Shown here: positions 11,940-22,922 of the stretch, piece after piece | How the letters are laid out: each line of letters begins with the position of its first letter | Position numbering within the stretch: the stretch's first letter is position 1 | NCBI GenBank assembly: GCA_976551045.1 | Contig: CDPCPM010000007.1 | Span: forward strand, 13,640,001 to 13,704,000 | Length of the DNA stretch: 64,000 nt | Direction: 5' to 3' | From: Glaucostegus cemiculus | Taxonomy: Eukaryota | Program-made: the position numbers and the translations under genes | The notes under the pieces: generated by a model | What the model was told of the DNA's origin: nothing | The model's database searches: none | What the model saw: only the letters and a program-made list of their open reading frames with translations

Positions 11940-14575
11940 TCAATTGAGTTACAGACATTGGATTTAAAAAAAGACATAGCTCAGACATACAAGTCAGAAA
12001 CAGGAAGGGAGCGATCATTCTATTGGGAGTATTCTACAGAGCCCCCAATAGCAGCAGAGATGCTGAGGAGCAGGTCGGGAGGCAGATTTTGGAAAGGTGC
12101 AAAAATAACAGGGTTGTCATGGGTGAATTTAACTTCCCTAATATTAATTGGCACCTCCTTAGTGTAAAGGGGATAGATGGGACAAAGTTTGTTCGGTGTG
12201 TACAGGAAGGACTCCTAACAGTATGTGGATAGGCCGACTAGAGGAGAGGCCATACCAGACCTGGTACTAGGCAATAAGCTTGATCAGGTTTCAGATCTCT
12301 CGGTGGGAGAGCATTTTGGAGATAATAACCATAACTTCTTGACCTTTACCATAGCCTTGGAGAGGGATAGGAGCAGATGATATGGGAAAGTATTTAACTG
12401 GGGGAGGGGGAATTATGGTGCCTTTAGGCAGGAGCTTGGGAGCATAAATTGGGAACAGATGTTCCTGGGGAAGTGCACAGTGGAAATGTGGACATTGTTT
12501 AAGGAACACTTGTATGGGCTTTTGGATAGGTTTGTCCCATTGAGGCAGGGTAAGGATGGTAGAGTGAAGGAACCTCGGTTAACAAGAGATATAGAATATC
12601 TTCTCCAGAGGAAGAAAGAAGCTTATCTGAGATTTAGAAAGCATGGATCAGACAGTGCTCTGGAGAGTGAAAAGGTAGCTAGGTGAGAGCTTAAGTATGG
12701 ACTTAGGAAAGCATGAGAAGTCCTTGGCGAGTAGGATCATGGAAAACCCCAAGGCATTCTACACTTACGTGAAGAATAACAGGATGACTAGAGTGAGGGT
12801 AGGACCGATCAGGGATAAGAGGAAACATGTGCCTGGAGTCGGAAGAGGTAGGGGAGGTCCTTAATGAATACTTTACTTCAGTATTCACCAGAGAGAGAGA
12901 GACCTTGACATTTGTGAGGATGGTGTATGACAGACTGATATGCTAGGGCATGGAGATGTGAGGAAAGAGGATGTGATGGAACTATTGAAAACTATTAGGA
13001 TTGATAAGTCACCAGGGCCGGGCAGGATATATCCAAGGTTATTACAGGAAGCTAGGGAAGAGATTGCTGTGCCTTTGGTGATCATCTTTGCCTCCTCAAT
13101 GGCCACAGGAGTAGTGCCAGATGATTGGACAGTGACAAATGTTGTTCCTTTGTTTAAGAAAGGGAGTAGAGATAACCCTGGGAATTACAGACCAGTGAGT
13201 CTTACTTCAGTGGTGGGCAAATTACTGGAGAAGATTCTTAGAGACAGGATTTATAGGCATTTAGAGAAGCATAGGCTGACTAGGCACAGTCAGCATGGCT
13301 TTGTGAGGGACAGGTTGTGCCTCATGAGCCTGATTGAATTCTTTGAGGATGTGACAAAGCACATTGATGAAGGTAGAGCAGTGGATGTGGTGTGTATGGA
13401 TTTGAGTAAGGCATTTGATACAGTTCCTCATGGAAGGCTTATTCAAAAAGTCAGGAGGCATGGAATCCAGGGAAACTTGGCTGTGTGGATTCAGAATTGA
13501 TTCGCCCATAGAAGACAGAGGGTGGTGATAGATGGAGCATATTCTGTCTGGAGGTCAGTGACCAGTGTTATTATGCGGGGATTTGTTCTGGGACCCCTGC
13601 TCTTTGTGATTTTTATAAGTGACTTAGATGAGGACGTGGGTAGGTTAGTAAGTTTGCTGATAACATGAAGATTGGTGATGTTGTAGATAGTGTAGAAGGT
13701 TGCTGTAGATTACAACAGGATATTGATAGAATGCACACCTGGGCTGAGAAGTGGCAGGTGGAGTTCAACCCACATAAATGTGAAGTGATACACTTCGGGA
13801 GATCAAACTCAAAGGCAGAATACAAGGTTAATGGCAGGACTCTTAGCCGTGTGGAGGAACAGAGAGATCTCGGGGTCCGCATCCATAGATCCCTCAAGGC
13901 TGTTGCACAGGTCGATAGGGTTGTTAAGAGGTGTATGGTGTGTTGGCCTTCATTAGTTGGGGTAATGAGTTCAAGATCCGTGAGGTAATGTTGCAGCTCT
14001 ATAGAACTCTGGTTAGATCACAATTGGAGTATTGGGTTCAGTTCTGGCTGCCTCATTATAGGAAGGATATGGAGGCTTTGGAGAGGGTGCAGAGGAGATT
14101 TAACAGGATGTTGCTTGGATTGGAGAGCATGTCTCATGAGGATAGGTTGAGCAAGCTAGGGCTTTTCTCTTTGGAGAGGAGGAGGATGAGAGGTGACTTG
14201 TTAGAGGTGTACAAGATGATAGGAGGCATAGACTGAGGGGACAGTCAGAGACTTTTCCCAGGGAAAATGGCTAACACAGGGGGCAGGGGGCATAATTTTA
14301 AGGTGATTGGAGAAAGGTATAAGGGGGATGTCAGGGGTAAGTTTTTGTTTTACATAGGGAGTGGTGGGTGCGTGGAATGCACTGCCTGCAGAGGTTGTGG
14401 GGGCAGATACGTTAGGGCCATTTAAGAGACTCTTAGATAGACACATAAATGATAGAAAAATAGGGGGCTGTGTGGGAGGGAAGGGTTAGGTAGACCTTAG
14501 AGCAGGATAAAATGTCAGCACAATATTATGGGCCGAAGGGCCTGTACTGTGCTGTAGTGTTCTATGTTCTATTAT
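11940..14575 (+). mobile_element. 5'-truncated CR1 LINE (EN-RT pseudogene)
   Basis: Fragmented ORF2: GVFYRAPNS, MGEFNFP, KSPGP, NYRPVSLTS, DLSKAFD, ERRRMRGDL; tail gtgttctatgttctat. Confidence 0.92.
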
Positions 14576-14939
14576 CCTGTGAATGGGGCACAGGAACACA
14601 ATGGGTGATGTTTTTAATGAGATCAGAATGTAGAAGGTGGAACCCAGGTGAACATCAGAGCCTGCATAAACAGAAGGGCTTCCATTTTTATTTACTGGAC
14701 ATAAGTGTTGCTGACCTGGCCATATTTTCCGCTCATTCCAAATTAATGAGGACTCTCCAAATGTGGAGGTGTTTGCAATCAATTGCAGGGTTAACTAGGC
14801 TGTGTATGCCTTTGCCAGGTCCCAATTTTGTCCTCGATAAGTAATTTTTTTGACATATCCATTTATACAACCGAGTAGCTTGCTCGGCCATTTCAGGAGC
14901 CAATTATTCATCAGCTGCATTAATTTCCATGCAATTAAT

Positions 14940-15035
14940 TTTTCAACTTCTCGAATACCATTTCTGGAGATAGGCTTAGAGTGAATATTGATCAACAACC
15001 TGCTAAGTGCTAAAGCCATCTTACCTACACATCAT
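14940..15035 (+). mobile_element. Penelope-like element remnant, left arm (split by the CR1)
   Basis: Translates ISGDRLRVNIDQQP...HLTYTSS, resembling the PLE RT C-terminal ISGDxL..IYYKPTDSHSYLDYTSSHP. Confidence 0.6.
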
Positions 15036-15336
15036 TTGAGCAGGTACGGAGACCTTCGGAAATTAACGAATTGTTGGGGTTTTTTTTCCCTTCTCTAGTG
15101 TTCGGGGAGTTGGAGAGTGCAGTGCGCAGGCGCGTGACGTCATCGGAGGCGAGCGCGGGATTTAAAAGACAGGCCACCCTATCCGGCGGGCAGCGTCGGA
15201 GCGGGCAGCGGAGGGAGTGGTAGCAGAGTGGTTTGGGCTTTGGCTCAACGGGCTTAGGCGCAAACGGGTGAGAGGCGAGTTAATCTGTATAGGCTCAGTT
15301 AACCCATACTGTGTAATAAACGTTAGGTAGTAAAGT

Positions 15337-16259
15337 ATGCATCTGGGATTGGTACTGTGTGTAGAGTGCCAGATGTGGGGATCCTGGGAGACTACCAGAC
15401 TCCCCGATAACTACATCTGCACAAAGTGCAGATGTTGCGGCTCCTTAAAGAACGTGTAGAGAGTCTGGAGCTGCAGCTTGATGACCTTCGGCTTATTAGG
15501 GAGAGTGAGCAAGAGATAGATAGGAGCTATAAGGAGTTTGTTGAAAGCACTTCTGGAGCGGTTCCCCTCGAGAATCGATATCTTATCTTAGATTCCGTTG
15601 GAGAGGATGACCGCTCTTCTAGGGCGGTTCCCCTCGAGAATCGGTACCTTATCCTAGATTCCGTTGGAGAGGATGACCCGACAGAAGAAGATCATGGCAA
15701 CCGGGACATTGGCACCGCACCTGGTACTGTGGTCAGGGGGGTTAAGAGCAATATAGTGGTTATAGGAGACTCGATAGTGAGGGGGACAGATAGCAAATTC
15801 TGTGAGTCCGACAATGTATCCCGGATGGTGTGTTGCCTCCCTGGTGCCGGGGTAAGGGATATCACGAACCGGTTCCAGAATATCCTGAGGGGAGAGGGGG
15901 AACAGCCAGAGGTCTTGGTACATGTTGGCACCAATGACATAGGCAGGAAAGGAGAAGGGGTCCTGAAGGAAGAATACAGAGAGTTAGGTAGGAAGTTGAG
16001 GAGAAGGACCCCTAAGGTGGTAATCTCAGGATTGCTGCCTATGCCACGCGCAAGCAGTAGCAGGAACAGAAAGATATGGCAAATGAACGCGTGGCTTAGT
16101 GACTGGTGCAGGGGGCAGGACTTCAGATTCCTGGACCATTGGGACCTTTTTTGGGGGAGGGACGACCTATACTGCAAGGATGGGTTACACCTCAACTCAA
16201 AAGGGTCCAGAGTCCTGGCGGGATTGTTTAACATAGCTGTTGGGGAAGGTTTAAACTAA
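15337..16259 (+). CDS. CR1 ORF1 (CxxC-x16-CxxC zinc finger, coiled coil, SGNH esterase), frameshifted at ~15429
   Basis: ATG 15337 gives MHLGLVLCVECQMWGSWETTRLPDNYICTKC, then the frame changes to QMLRLLKERVESLELQLDDL. SGNH blocks VIGDSIVRG, HVGTNDI and DGLHL are present. Confidence 0.85.
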
Positions 16260-16342
16260 TCAAGCAGGGGGATGGGACCCAGAATATTAGAGTAAAAGTA
16301 GATAGAGAAAGGCAGGAGTTAAATAAAAATAGGTCGAAGTTA

Positions 16343-19300
16343 GTGCGTGATCAGGATGGCAAGACGGACAGGCAGGTGATTAATCAAGGTAACATGCTGA
16401 ATGACAATAGTACAGTAAATGAGGATGTTAGGTCACAGGATGTTAGACTAGAGGTGGAGGCAGATAAAAAGAAGTCCATGATAGTGAGCAGTCAGGATAG
16501 AAAGAAGGGTGAGGAAATGAAAATTAAGGATAAGTTGCTCAAAAAAGGAAGCGCAACAAAATCAACAGTGGTTAATGAGCTAAAGGTATTATACTTAAAT
16601 GCATGTAGCATCAGGAACAAGGCAGATGACCTAGTAGCACAGCTACAGATTAATAAATATGACATTGTGGCAATCACTGAGTCGTGGCTGCATGATAGAT
16701 GTGACTGGGAGCTCAATGTCCAGGGGTACACAGTGTATAGGAAGGATAGGCAGGAAGGTAGAGGGGGTGGTGTGGCCATGATGGTTAGTAATGAGATAAA
16801 ATCAATAGAAAGGAAGGACATTAGGTCAGATGAAGTGGAAACTTTATGGGTGGAGCTAAGGAATAGCAAGAGTAAGAGGACAGTTGTAGCTGTTGTATAT
16901 AGGCCCCCTAATAGCAATCAGGAGGTAGACCATAAGTTGCGGTTAGAGATAGAAAAGGCATGTCAGAGTGACAATATTAAAATAATTATGGGTGACTTTA
17001 ACATGAAGGTGGACTGGGAAACCCAGCAAGGCAGCAGTTCTCAGGAGAGTGAGTTTGTTGAATGTTTACGGGATGGCTTTTTGGAACAACTTGTTGATGA
17101 GCCCACCAGGGGATCGGCTGTTTTGGATTGGGTGTTGTGTAATGAACCGGAGGTGATTAGAGAACTAAGGGTAAAGGAACCATTAGGAACTAGTGACCAT
17201 AATATGATTGAGTTCAGAATGAAATTTGAAAAGGAGAAGCTGATGACTGGAGTGTCGACATTTCAGTGGAACAAGGGGAATTACAGAAGGATGAGAGAAG
17301 AGTTGGCCCAGATTGATTGGAAATATAAGCTCGCTGGAGGGACGGCAGAACATAAATGGGTGGAATTTAAGCAAGTAATAAAGAAAATGCAGGACAGACA
17401 CATTCCAAGAAAAAAGAAGGTTTTAAATGGAAAAAGGGCACAAATGTGGATAACGAGAGAGGTGAAAGCTAAAATAAGAGCAAAAGGGAGGGCATATAAG
17501 GTAGCAAGAAAAAGCGGAAAAACAGAAGACTGGGAAACTTTTAAGAACCTACAGAAAGAAACTAAGAAGGTCATTAGAAAAGAAAAGAGAAATTATGAAA
17601 TGAAATTGGCAGAAAACATTCAAAAGGATACTAAGAGTTTTTTTAAATATATAAGAAGCAAAAGAGAGACGCGGGTTTATATAGGACCGATAGAAAATGA
17701 GGCGGGAGAAATTATTATGGATGATAAAGAGATGGCGGAGGTGCTAAATCAGTATTTTGCGTCGGTCTTCACGGTAGAAGATATTAACAATATACCGGTT
17801 AGTCAAGGGTCTCGAGGGACGGAATTAAGGACAGTTAAGGTTACGAGAGAGAAAGTGTTGGGGAAGCTAAATGGGTTAAAGACTGATAAGTCCCCGGGAC
17901 CAGATGAGATACATCCCCGTGTACTGAAGGAAGTAGCTCTAGAAATAGTGGAGGCATTAGTGATAATTTTTCAGGAATCGATAGACGCTGGAGAGGTGCC
18001 GGAGGACTGGAGGGTCGCTAATGTAGTTCCATTGTATAAGAAAGGTGGGAGACAGCACAAAGGAAATTACAGGCCTATCAGTCTTACATCTGTGGTGGGA
18101 AAGATACTAGAATCGATCCTCAAGGATGAGGTGATGGGATACATGGAGGTGCAAGGCAAGATAGGTCCTAGTCAACATGGGTTCGTGAAGGGAAGATCCT
18201 GCCTGACCAATTTATTGGAGTTTTTTGAAGAAATCTCAGGCAGGGTGGACAAGGGAGAGGCCGTAGATGTAGTGTATTTAGACTTTCAGAAGGCATTCGA
18301 CAAGGTGCCGCACAAAAGACTAATTAGTAAGATGAGAGATCACGGAATAACAGGCAGGATAACAGAATGGGTGGAGAGTTGGCTGGATGGCAGGAAACAG
18401 AGGGTGGGAATAAAAGGATCGTGTTCTGGTTGGCTGCCGGTTACTAGTGGTGTTCCGCAGGGGTCGGTGTTGGGGCCCCTTCTTTTTACCTTGTATATTA
18501 ATGATTTAGATGAAGGAGTTAATGGGTTTGTGGCCAAGTTTGCAGATGACACTAAGATTGGGGGGGGAGTGGAGAGTATTGAGGAGACAGGAAAGTTACA
18601 GAGAGACTTGGATATTCTAGGAGAATGGGCGAAGAAATGGCAGATGAGGTTCAACGTGGAAAAATGTGCAGTTGTACACTTCGGAAGTAGAAATGGAAGG
18701 GCAGACTATTATCTAGAAGGAGATAAAATTGGAAGCACAGAAGTACAAAGGGACTTAGGGGTGCTCGTACAGGATAACCTAAAGGTTAACCGCCAGGTTG
18801 GATCGGCAGTAAGGAAAGCGAATGCTATGTTGGCATTTATTCCGAGGGGTATAGTATATAAAAGCAAGGAAGTGTTGATGAGGCTATACGGGGCACTGGT
18901 GAGGCCTCACTTAGAGTACTGTGTGCAGTTTTGGGCCCCATACCTTAGGAAGGATGTGCTGATGTTGGAGAGGGTTCAGAGGAAATTTACTAGGATGATT
19001 CCTGGGATGAAAAAGTTTACATATGATGAGCGACTGTCGTCACTTGGACTGTACTCGTTGGAGTACAGAAGAATGAGAGGGGACCTAATAGAAACATACA
19101 AGATGTTGAAAGGAATGGACCAAGTGAATGTGGTCAAGCTGTTTCCCTTGGTGGGGGAATCCAGGACTAGAGGACACAAACTTAGAATTAGAGGAAGCAG
19201 GTTCAAAACAGAGATAAGGAGGAATTTCTTTAGCCAGAGGGTGGTGAACCTGTGGAACTCCTTACCACAGAAAGCAGTGGAAGCCAGATCATTGGGGATA

Positions 19301-19378
19301 TTCAAGAAGGAAATAGATAGATATCTAATTGGTCAAGGTATCAAGGGATATGGAGATAAGGCAGGGATTTGGACTTAG
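16343..19378 (+). CDS. CR1 ORF2: APE endonuclease + reverse transcriptase, uninterrupted
   Basis: 1011-aa ORF with EN motifs (YLNACSIRNK, AITESW, GGGV, MGDFN, SDHN) and RT motifs ([33 protein letters not shown]). The frame is open from 16232. Confidence 0.96.
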   Translation: MRDQDGKTDRQVINQGNMLNDNSTVNEDVRSQDVRLEVEADKKKSMIVSSQDRKKGEEMKIKDKLLKKGSATKSTVVNELKVLYLNACSIRNKADDLVAQLQINKYDIVAITESWLHDRCDWELNVQGYTVYRKDRQEGRGGGVAMMVSNEIKSIERKDIRSDEVETLWVELRNSKSKRTVVAVVYRPPNSNQEVDHKLRLEIEKACQSDNIKIIMGDFNMKVDWETQQGSSSQESEFVECLRDGFLEQLVDEPTRGSAVLDWVLCNEPEVIRELRVKEPLGTSDHNMIEFRMKFEKEKLMTGVSTFQWNKGNYRRMREELAQIDWKYKLAGGTAEHKWVEFKQVIKKMQDRHIPRKKKVLNGKRAQMWITREVKAKIRAKGRAYKVARKSGKTEDWETFKNLQKETKKVIRKEKRNYEMKLAENIQKDTKSFFKYIRSKRETRVYIGPIENEAGEIIMDDKEMAEVLNQYFASVFTVEDINNIPVSQGSRGTELRTVKVTREKVLGKLNGLKTDKSPGPDEIHPRVLKEVALEIVEALVIIFQESIDAGEVPEDWRVANVVPLYKKGGRQHKGNYRPISLTSVVGKILESILKDEVMGYMEVQGKIGPSQHGFVKGRSCLTNLLEFFEEISGRVDKGEAVDVVYLDFQKAFDKVPHKRLISKMRDHGITGRITEWVESWLDGRKQRVGIKGSCSGWLPVTSGVPQGSVLGPLLFTLYINDLDEGVNGFVAKFADDTKIGGGVESIEETGKLQRDLDILGEWAKKWQMRFNVEKCAVVHFGSRNGRADYYLEGDKIGSTEVQRDLGVLVQDNLKVNRQVGSAVRKANAMLAFIPRGIVYKSKEVLMRLYGALVRPHLEYCVQFWAPYLRKDVLMLERVQRKFTRMIPGMKKFTYDERLSSLGLYSLEYRRMRGDLIETYKMLKGMDQVNVVKLFPLVGESRTRGHKLRIRGSRFKTEIRRNFFSQRVVNLWNSLPQKAVEARSLGIFKKEIDRYLIGQGIKGYGDKAGIWT

Positions 19379-19433
19379 AATAGTAGGTTTTTTTTTCCTT
19401 ATCCTCTTTTTTTCCCCACCCTCCCTTCCCTTT

Positions 19434-19502
19434 GGAGCAGACCCGACGGGCCGACTGGCCTGCTTCTGCTCCATTATCTTGTGATCTTGTGATCTTGTGA
19501 TC
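19434..19502 (+). repeat. CR1 3' terminal stem-loop and 8-mer tail
   Basis: GGAGCAGA (19434-41) pairs with TCTGCTCC (19465-72), with an inner GGCC-gact-GGCC hairpin, followed by ATCTTGTG x3. Confidence 0.85.
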
Positions 19503-19504
19503 AT

Positions 19505-20300
19505 CCCACTATTTTCTCATACGGCTCCATTCTATTTCCCCAATTATGTCCAATGGGACTGTTATCAATTGCACCTTCTACACAAGTACTTTCAACATCT
19601 TCCTCTTACCTGTTCTGCAGATTCCATTCACTATGGTTAACAGAGTCTTCAACTATGTCCACAGCATTACCCAAAATTTACCCTCACTTTCCCCTCCTTC
19701 CCAGAACCACTAATGAAACCCCCTTGTCCTTAATTCATCCCACCTGCCTCAACATACTGGAGACCATTCACCATCATTTCCATCACCTTTAGCATAGTTC
19801 CACCAAGAATTATACAATTTTCTTTCCCTTCCACATTATGAAAGGACTGTTACACATGATACGTTGATTCACACAGCAATCCTCTGAACACATACTCCCA
19901 CCCAACAAGGGCCTTCCCATGCAATCACAGTAGATCCACACCTTTCCTTTTAGCTCCTACTTCCACATAATCCTGCATCCTTCCAGGTAAAACTATGTAT
20001 TACTTACATTTATTTTGCAAATGCAATCTACTATTATCTCTCACAGTATCATCTATAATATGGCGACCTAAAACTACTTTTTCATCACTTTGTGGAACAC
20101 CTCCACGCAGTCCCTAAAGCATAGCCCTGACCTTCAGATCACTTATATTTTCATTTTCAACTCCTCTCCCACTCTCACAGCTTTTAGGGTCCTATGTGAA
20201 AAACTGTACGTTGAAGGAATGAACTTCATCTTTCAAGAATTACTTTACAGAATGCCAGACTCAACAATTCAACTATTTCAGATTATGATAACTGCTCACG
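19505..20300 (+). mobile_element. Penelope-like element remnant, right arm
   Basis: Continues ...TSS|H across the target duplication; pyrimidine-rich degenerate PLE-like sequence ending near a region resembling the EEQHLIF..L C-terminus (~20210-20285). Confidence 0.5.
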
Positions 20301-21589
20301 ATGATTATAGGTTTCACATTTTCTTCACTTAGAGACACAATTTTCTTGTCTTTTACTGTCCCATTATCACCCATTTGCTTCTTGGACCTTCACTCTTATT
20401 TTTCACCCTATCACAGCCTTTCCCTTTTATTGTTTCCACTCCTCTCACCCTTCCACAACTCCAAACTTAAAATTTATTACACCTCTAATTTTTTCCTGAA
20501 CATCACTGCATACCTAGAAAGTTTACTTTATTTCTCAAAGTCATATTTACACAGTGTGTTTAACACAGTAAAATGTAGGCAGTTCACAGTAGCCAAGTCA
20601 AAGTTGGGCAGTGGGCCAAACAAGGAACGAAACTGCAAGCTTTAGTGTATTTTAACAGACAAGAGGTTTAGGCAGGGAATACCAGGGTTGATGAGGCACA
20701 TACATCATTGTAATGAAGTGCAATGAAGGTCAGGATATTGAAGAGGCCAGAAATGAACAAACGTGGATACTCCCCCACTGATGCCATTTGATCTGGTCAG
20801 TAGTTCCAGCATTTTCAATGTTTATTTTGTTTATTGTTTCTGAAGGTATCCGAATTTTCAGAGTGTGAATGCTCTTATTTCTTCAGCCCACTCAAGGGTT
20901 TTCAGACAAGGTTTGGTGCCAACTGCATAAGGTTGGATCTGCCCAAACTGGATGAAAAGCCAGTGGCAGAGTTAGTTCCAGAACACAGCTGCACTCAGAA
21001 AAGTCTGCTTGGTTAGTAACACGAAAGACTACAGCTCAAAACTACTGGTGCAAAAAACATTCCTGTGGATGTCGTCTGTAAATAGTACACTGGAATTTCT
21101 GGAAAGCCAAATATGTTTCTGAGAGCTTCTCTGTACATTTTACAAGAAATACAATACAGAACGAAAGATAATTTTGTTGATCTCACAGATTGCAAATAAT
21201 GGAACTAAGTAATCAAAAAATACTTGATAGATAAAACACAAACTTTACCATGACATTTGAATGTTTGCTAAGTCCGATATCAAGATAACTAAATTTTCCA
21301 CTCCTGCACCCTGGGGACACTCTTACCTGCTGCACATTCTTACCAAAAAGTTGCACAGGCACAAGCTGTTATTTTGTTTTCAGAGTTAATGTCACATCAG
21401 AGTCCCAAAGTGGAAAGCTACCTCAATCTTGCCAAGTTCCTGTTTTGGAGGCACTCACACAGCATTACAGACATAAGCCAGCTAATATACACAGATTTTA
21501 TGAGAAATTCTTATTACACCAACAATTTTTCAATATGTCAATGTCTAGAATGAGAGATTAATTCTAATTAGTGACCAACTATAAGTTCG

Positions 21590-21820
21590 AAGTGTTCTAC
21601 GCGATGTGTAGGGCAAGAGATTTTTTTGCACACAGAATGGCAGGTGCCTGGAATGCGCTGCCAGGGATAGTGGTGGAAGCAGATATGATGGTGTCTTTCA
21701 GGAGACTTTTAGATAGGCACATGAATATACTGGGAATGGAAAGATATGGATCATGTGCAGGCAGAAGGGCATAGTTTAATTTGCCATTATGCTCAGCACA
21801 GACATCGTGGACTGAAGGGC
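21590..21820 (+). mobile_element. CR1 3' end fragment
   Basis: FFAHRMAGAWNALPGIVVEA..FRRLLDRHM, the CR1 ORF2 C-terminus, plus 3'UTR. Confidence 0.8.
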
Positions 21821-22750
21821 GTCAGAATCAGATTTATTATCACTGACATATGTTGTGAAATTTGTTGTTTTGCGGCAGCAGTACAGTGCAAGACATAAAA
21901 ATCACCACAAGTCACCAATAGATAAATGAATGAATGAATAGATGATGCAAAGAGGAATAATGAGATAGACTTCATGGATTACTCAGGAATCTGATGGTGG
22001 AAGGGAAGAAGCTGTTCCTGAAACATTGAGTGTGGGTCTTCAGGCTCCTGTACCTCCTCCCTGATGGTAGTAATGAGAAGAGGGCCTGTCCCAGATGGTG
22101 AGGAGGTCTTTAATGATGAATGCTGCCTTCTTGAGGCACCGCCTCTTGAAGATGTCCTCAATGGTGGGGAGGGTTGTGCCCATGATGGAGCTGGCTGAGT
22201 CTACAATCCTCTGCAGCCTCTTTCAATCCTGCACATTGGAACCAGGCGGTGATGCAACTAGCCAGAATGCACTCCACCGTACATCAATAGAAATTTACAA
22301 GAGTCTTTGGTGACGTACCCAATCTCCTCAAACCCCCAATGAAGTAGAGCCTCTGGCATGCCTTCTTCATGAATGCATCAGTGTGGTGGGCCCAGGATAC
22401 ATACCCTGAGATGTTGATGCCCAGGAATTTGAAGCTGCTCACACTTTCCACCACTGACCTGTCAATAAGGTCTGGTGTGTGTTCTCCAGATTTCCCCTTC
22501 TTGAAGTCCACAGTCAAGTCCTAGGTCTTGCTGACACTGAGTGTGAGGTTGTTGCAACACCTCACAACCAGCCGATCTATCTCACTCCTGTATGCCTCCT
22601 CCTCGCTATCTGAGATTCTCCCAAGAACAGTGGTGTCATCGGCGAATTTATAGATGGCATTTAAACTGTGCCTCGTCAAACAGTCATCAGTGTAAAGAGA
22701 GTAGAGCAGTGGGCTAAGCACACATCTGAGGTGTGCCTGTGTTGACTGTC
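21821..22750 (-). mobile_element. Rex1/Babar-like LINE fragment
   Basis: LSPLLYSLYTDDC..KFADDTTV..NNLTLSVSKT, FKFLGINIS; (ATTCTG)n-type tail at 21822. Confidence 0.85.
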
Positions 22751-22922
22751 ATTAAAAATCTCTCCCATTTCTTTTTGTTCCACACACAGACGGCCACGCT
22801 GATCATTAAGGGGACTTATTCTCTTTCTTCCCACCCTTTTACTCTGAATATACCTAGAGAATCTCTTGAGATTCCGCCTCACCTTGCCTGCCAGATCTTT
22901 CTCGTAGCCTCTTTTTGCCCCA
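22750..22922 (-). mobile_element. CR1 ORF2 internal fragment
   Basis: YEKDLAGKVRRNLKRFSRYIQSKR..PLNDQRGRLCVE..EMGEIFN. Confidence 0.75.

Larger units (their letters stand above)
15036..19499 (+). mobile_element. Full-length young CR1 LINE
   Basis: CpG-rich 5'UTR, ORF1, intact ORF2, 3' stem-loop and (ATCTTGTG)3 tail; flanked by ATCAT at 15031-15035 and 19500-19504. Confidence 0.95.

Noticed and set aside
15654-19305. Several minus-strand ORFs (72-180 aa) over the CR1
   Set aside because: Antisense shadows of a long purine-rich coding sequence, with no motifs.
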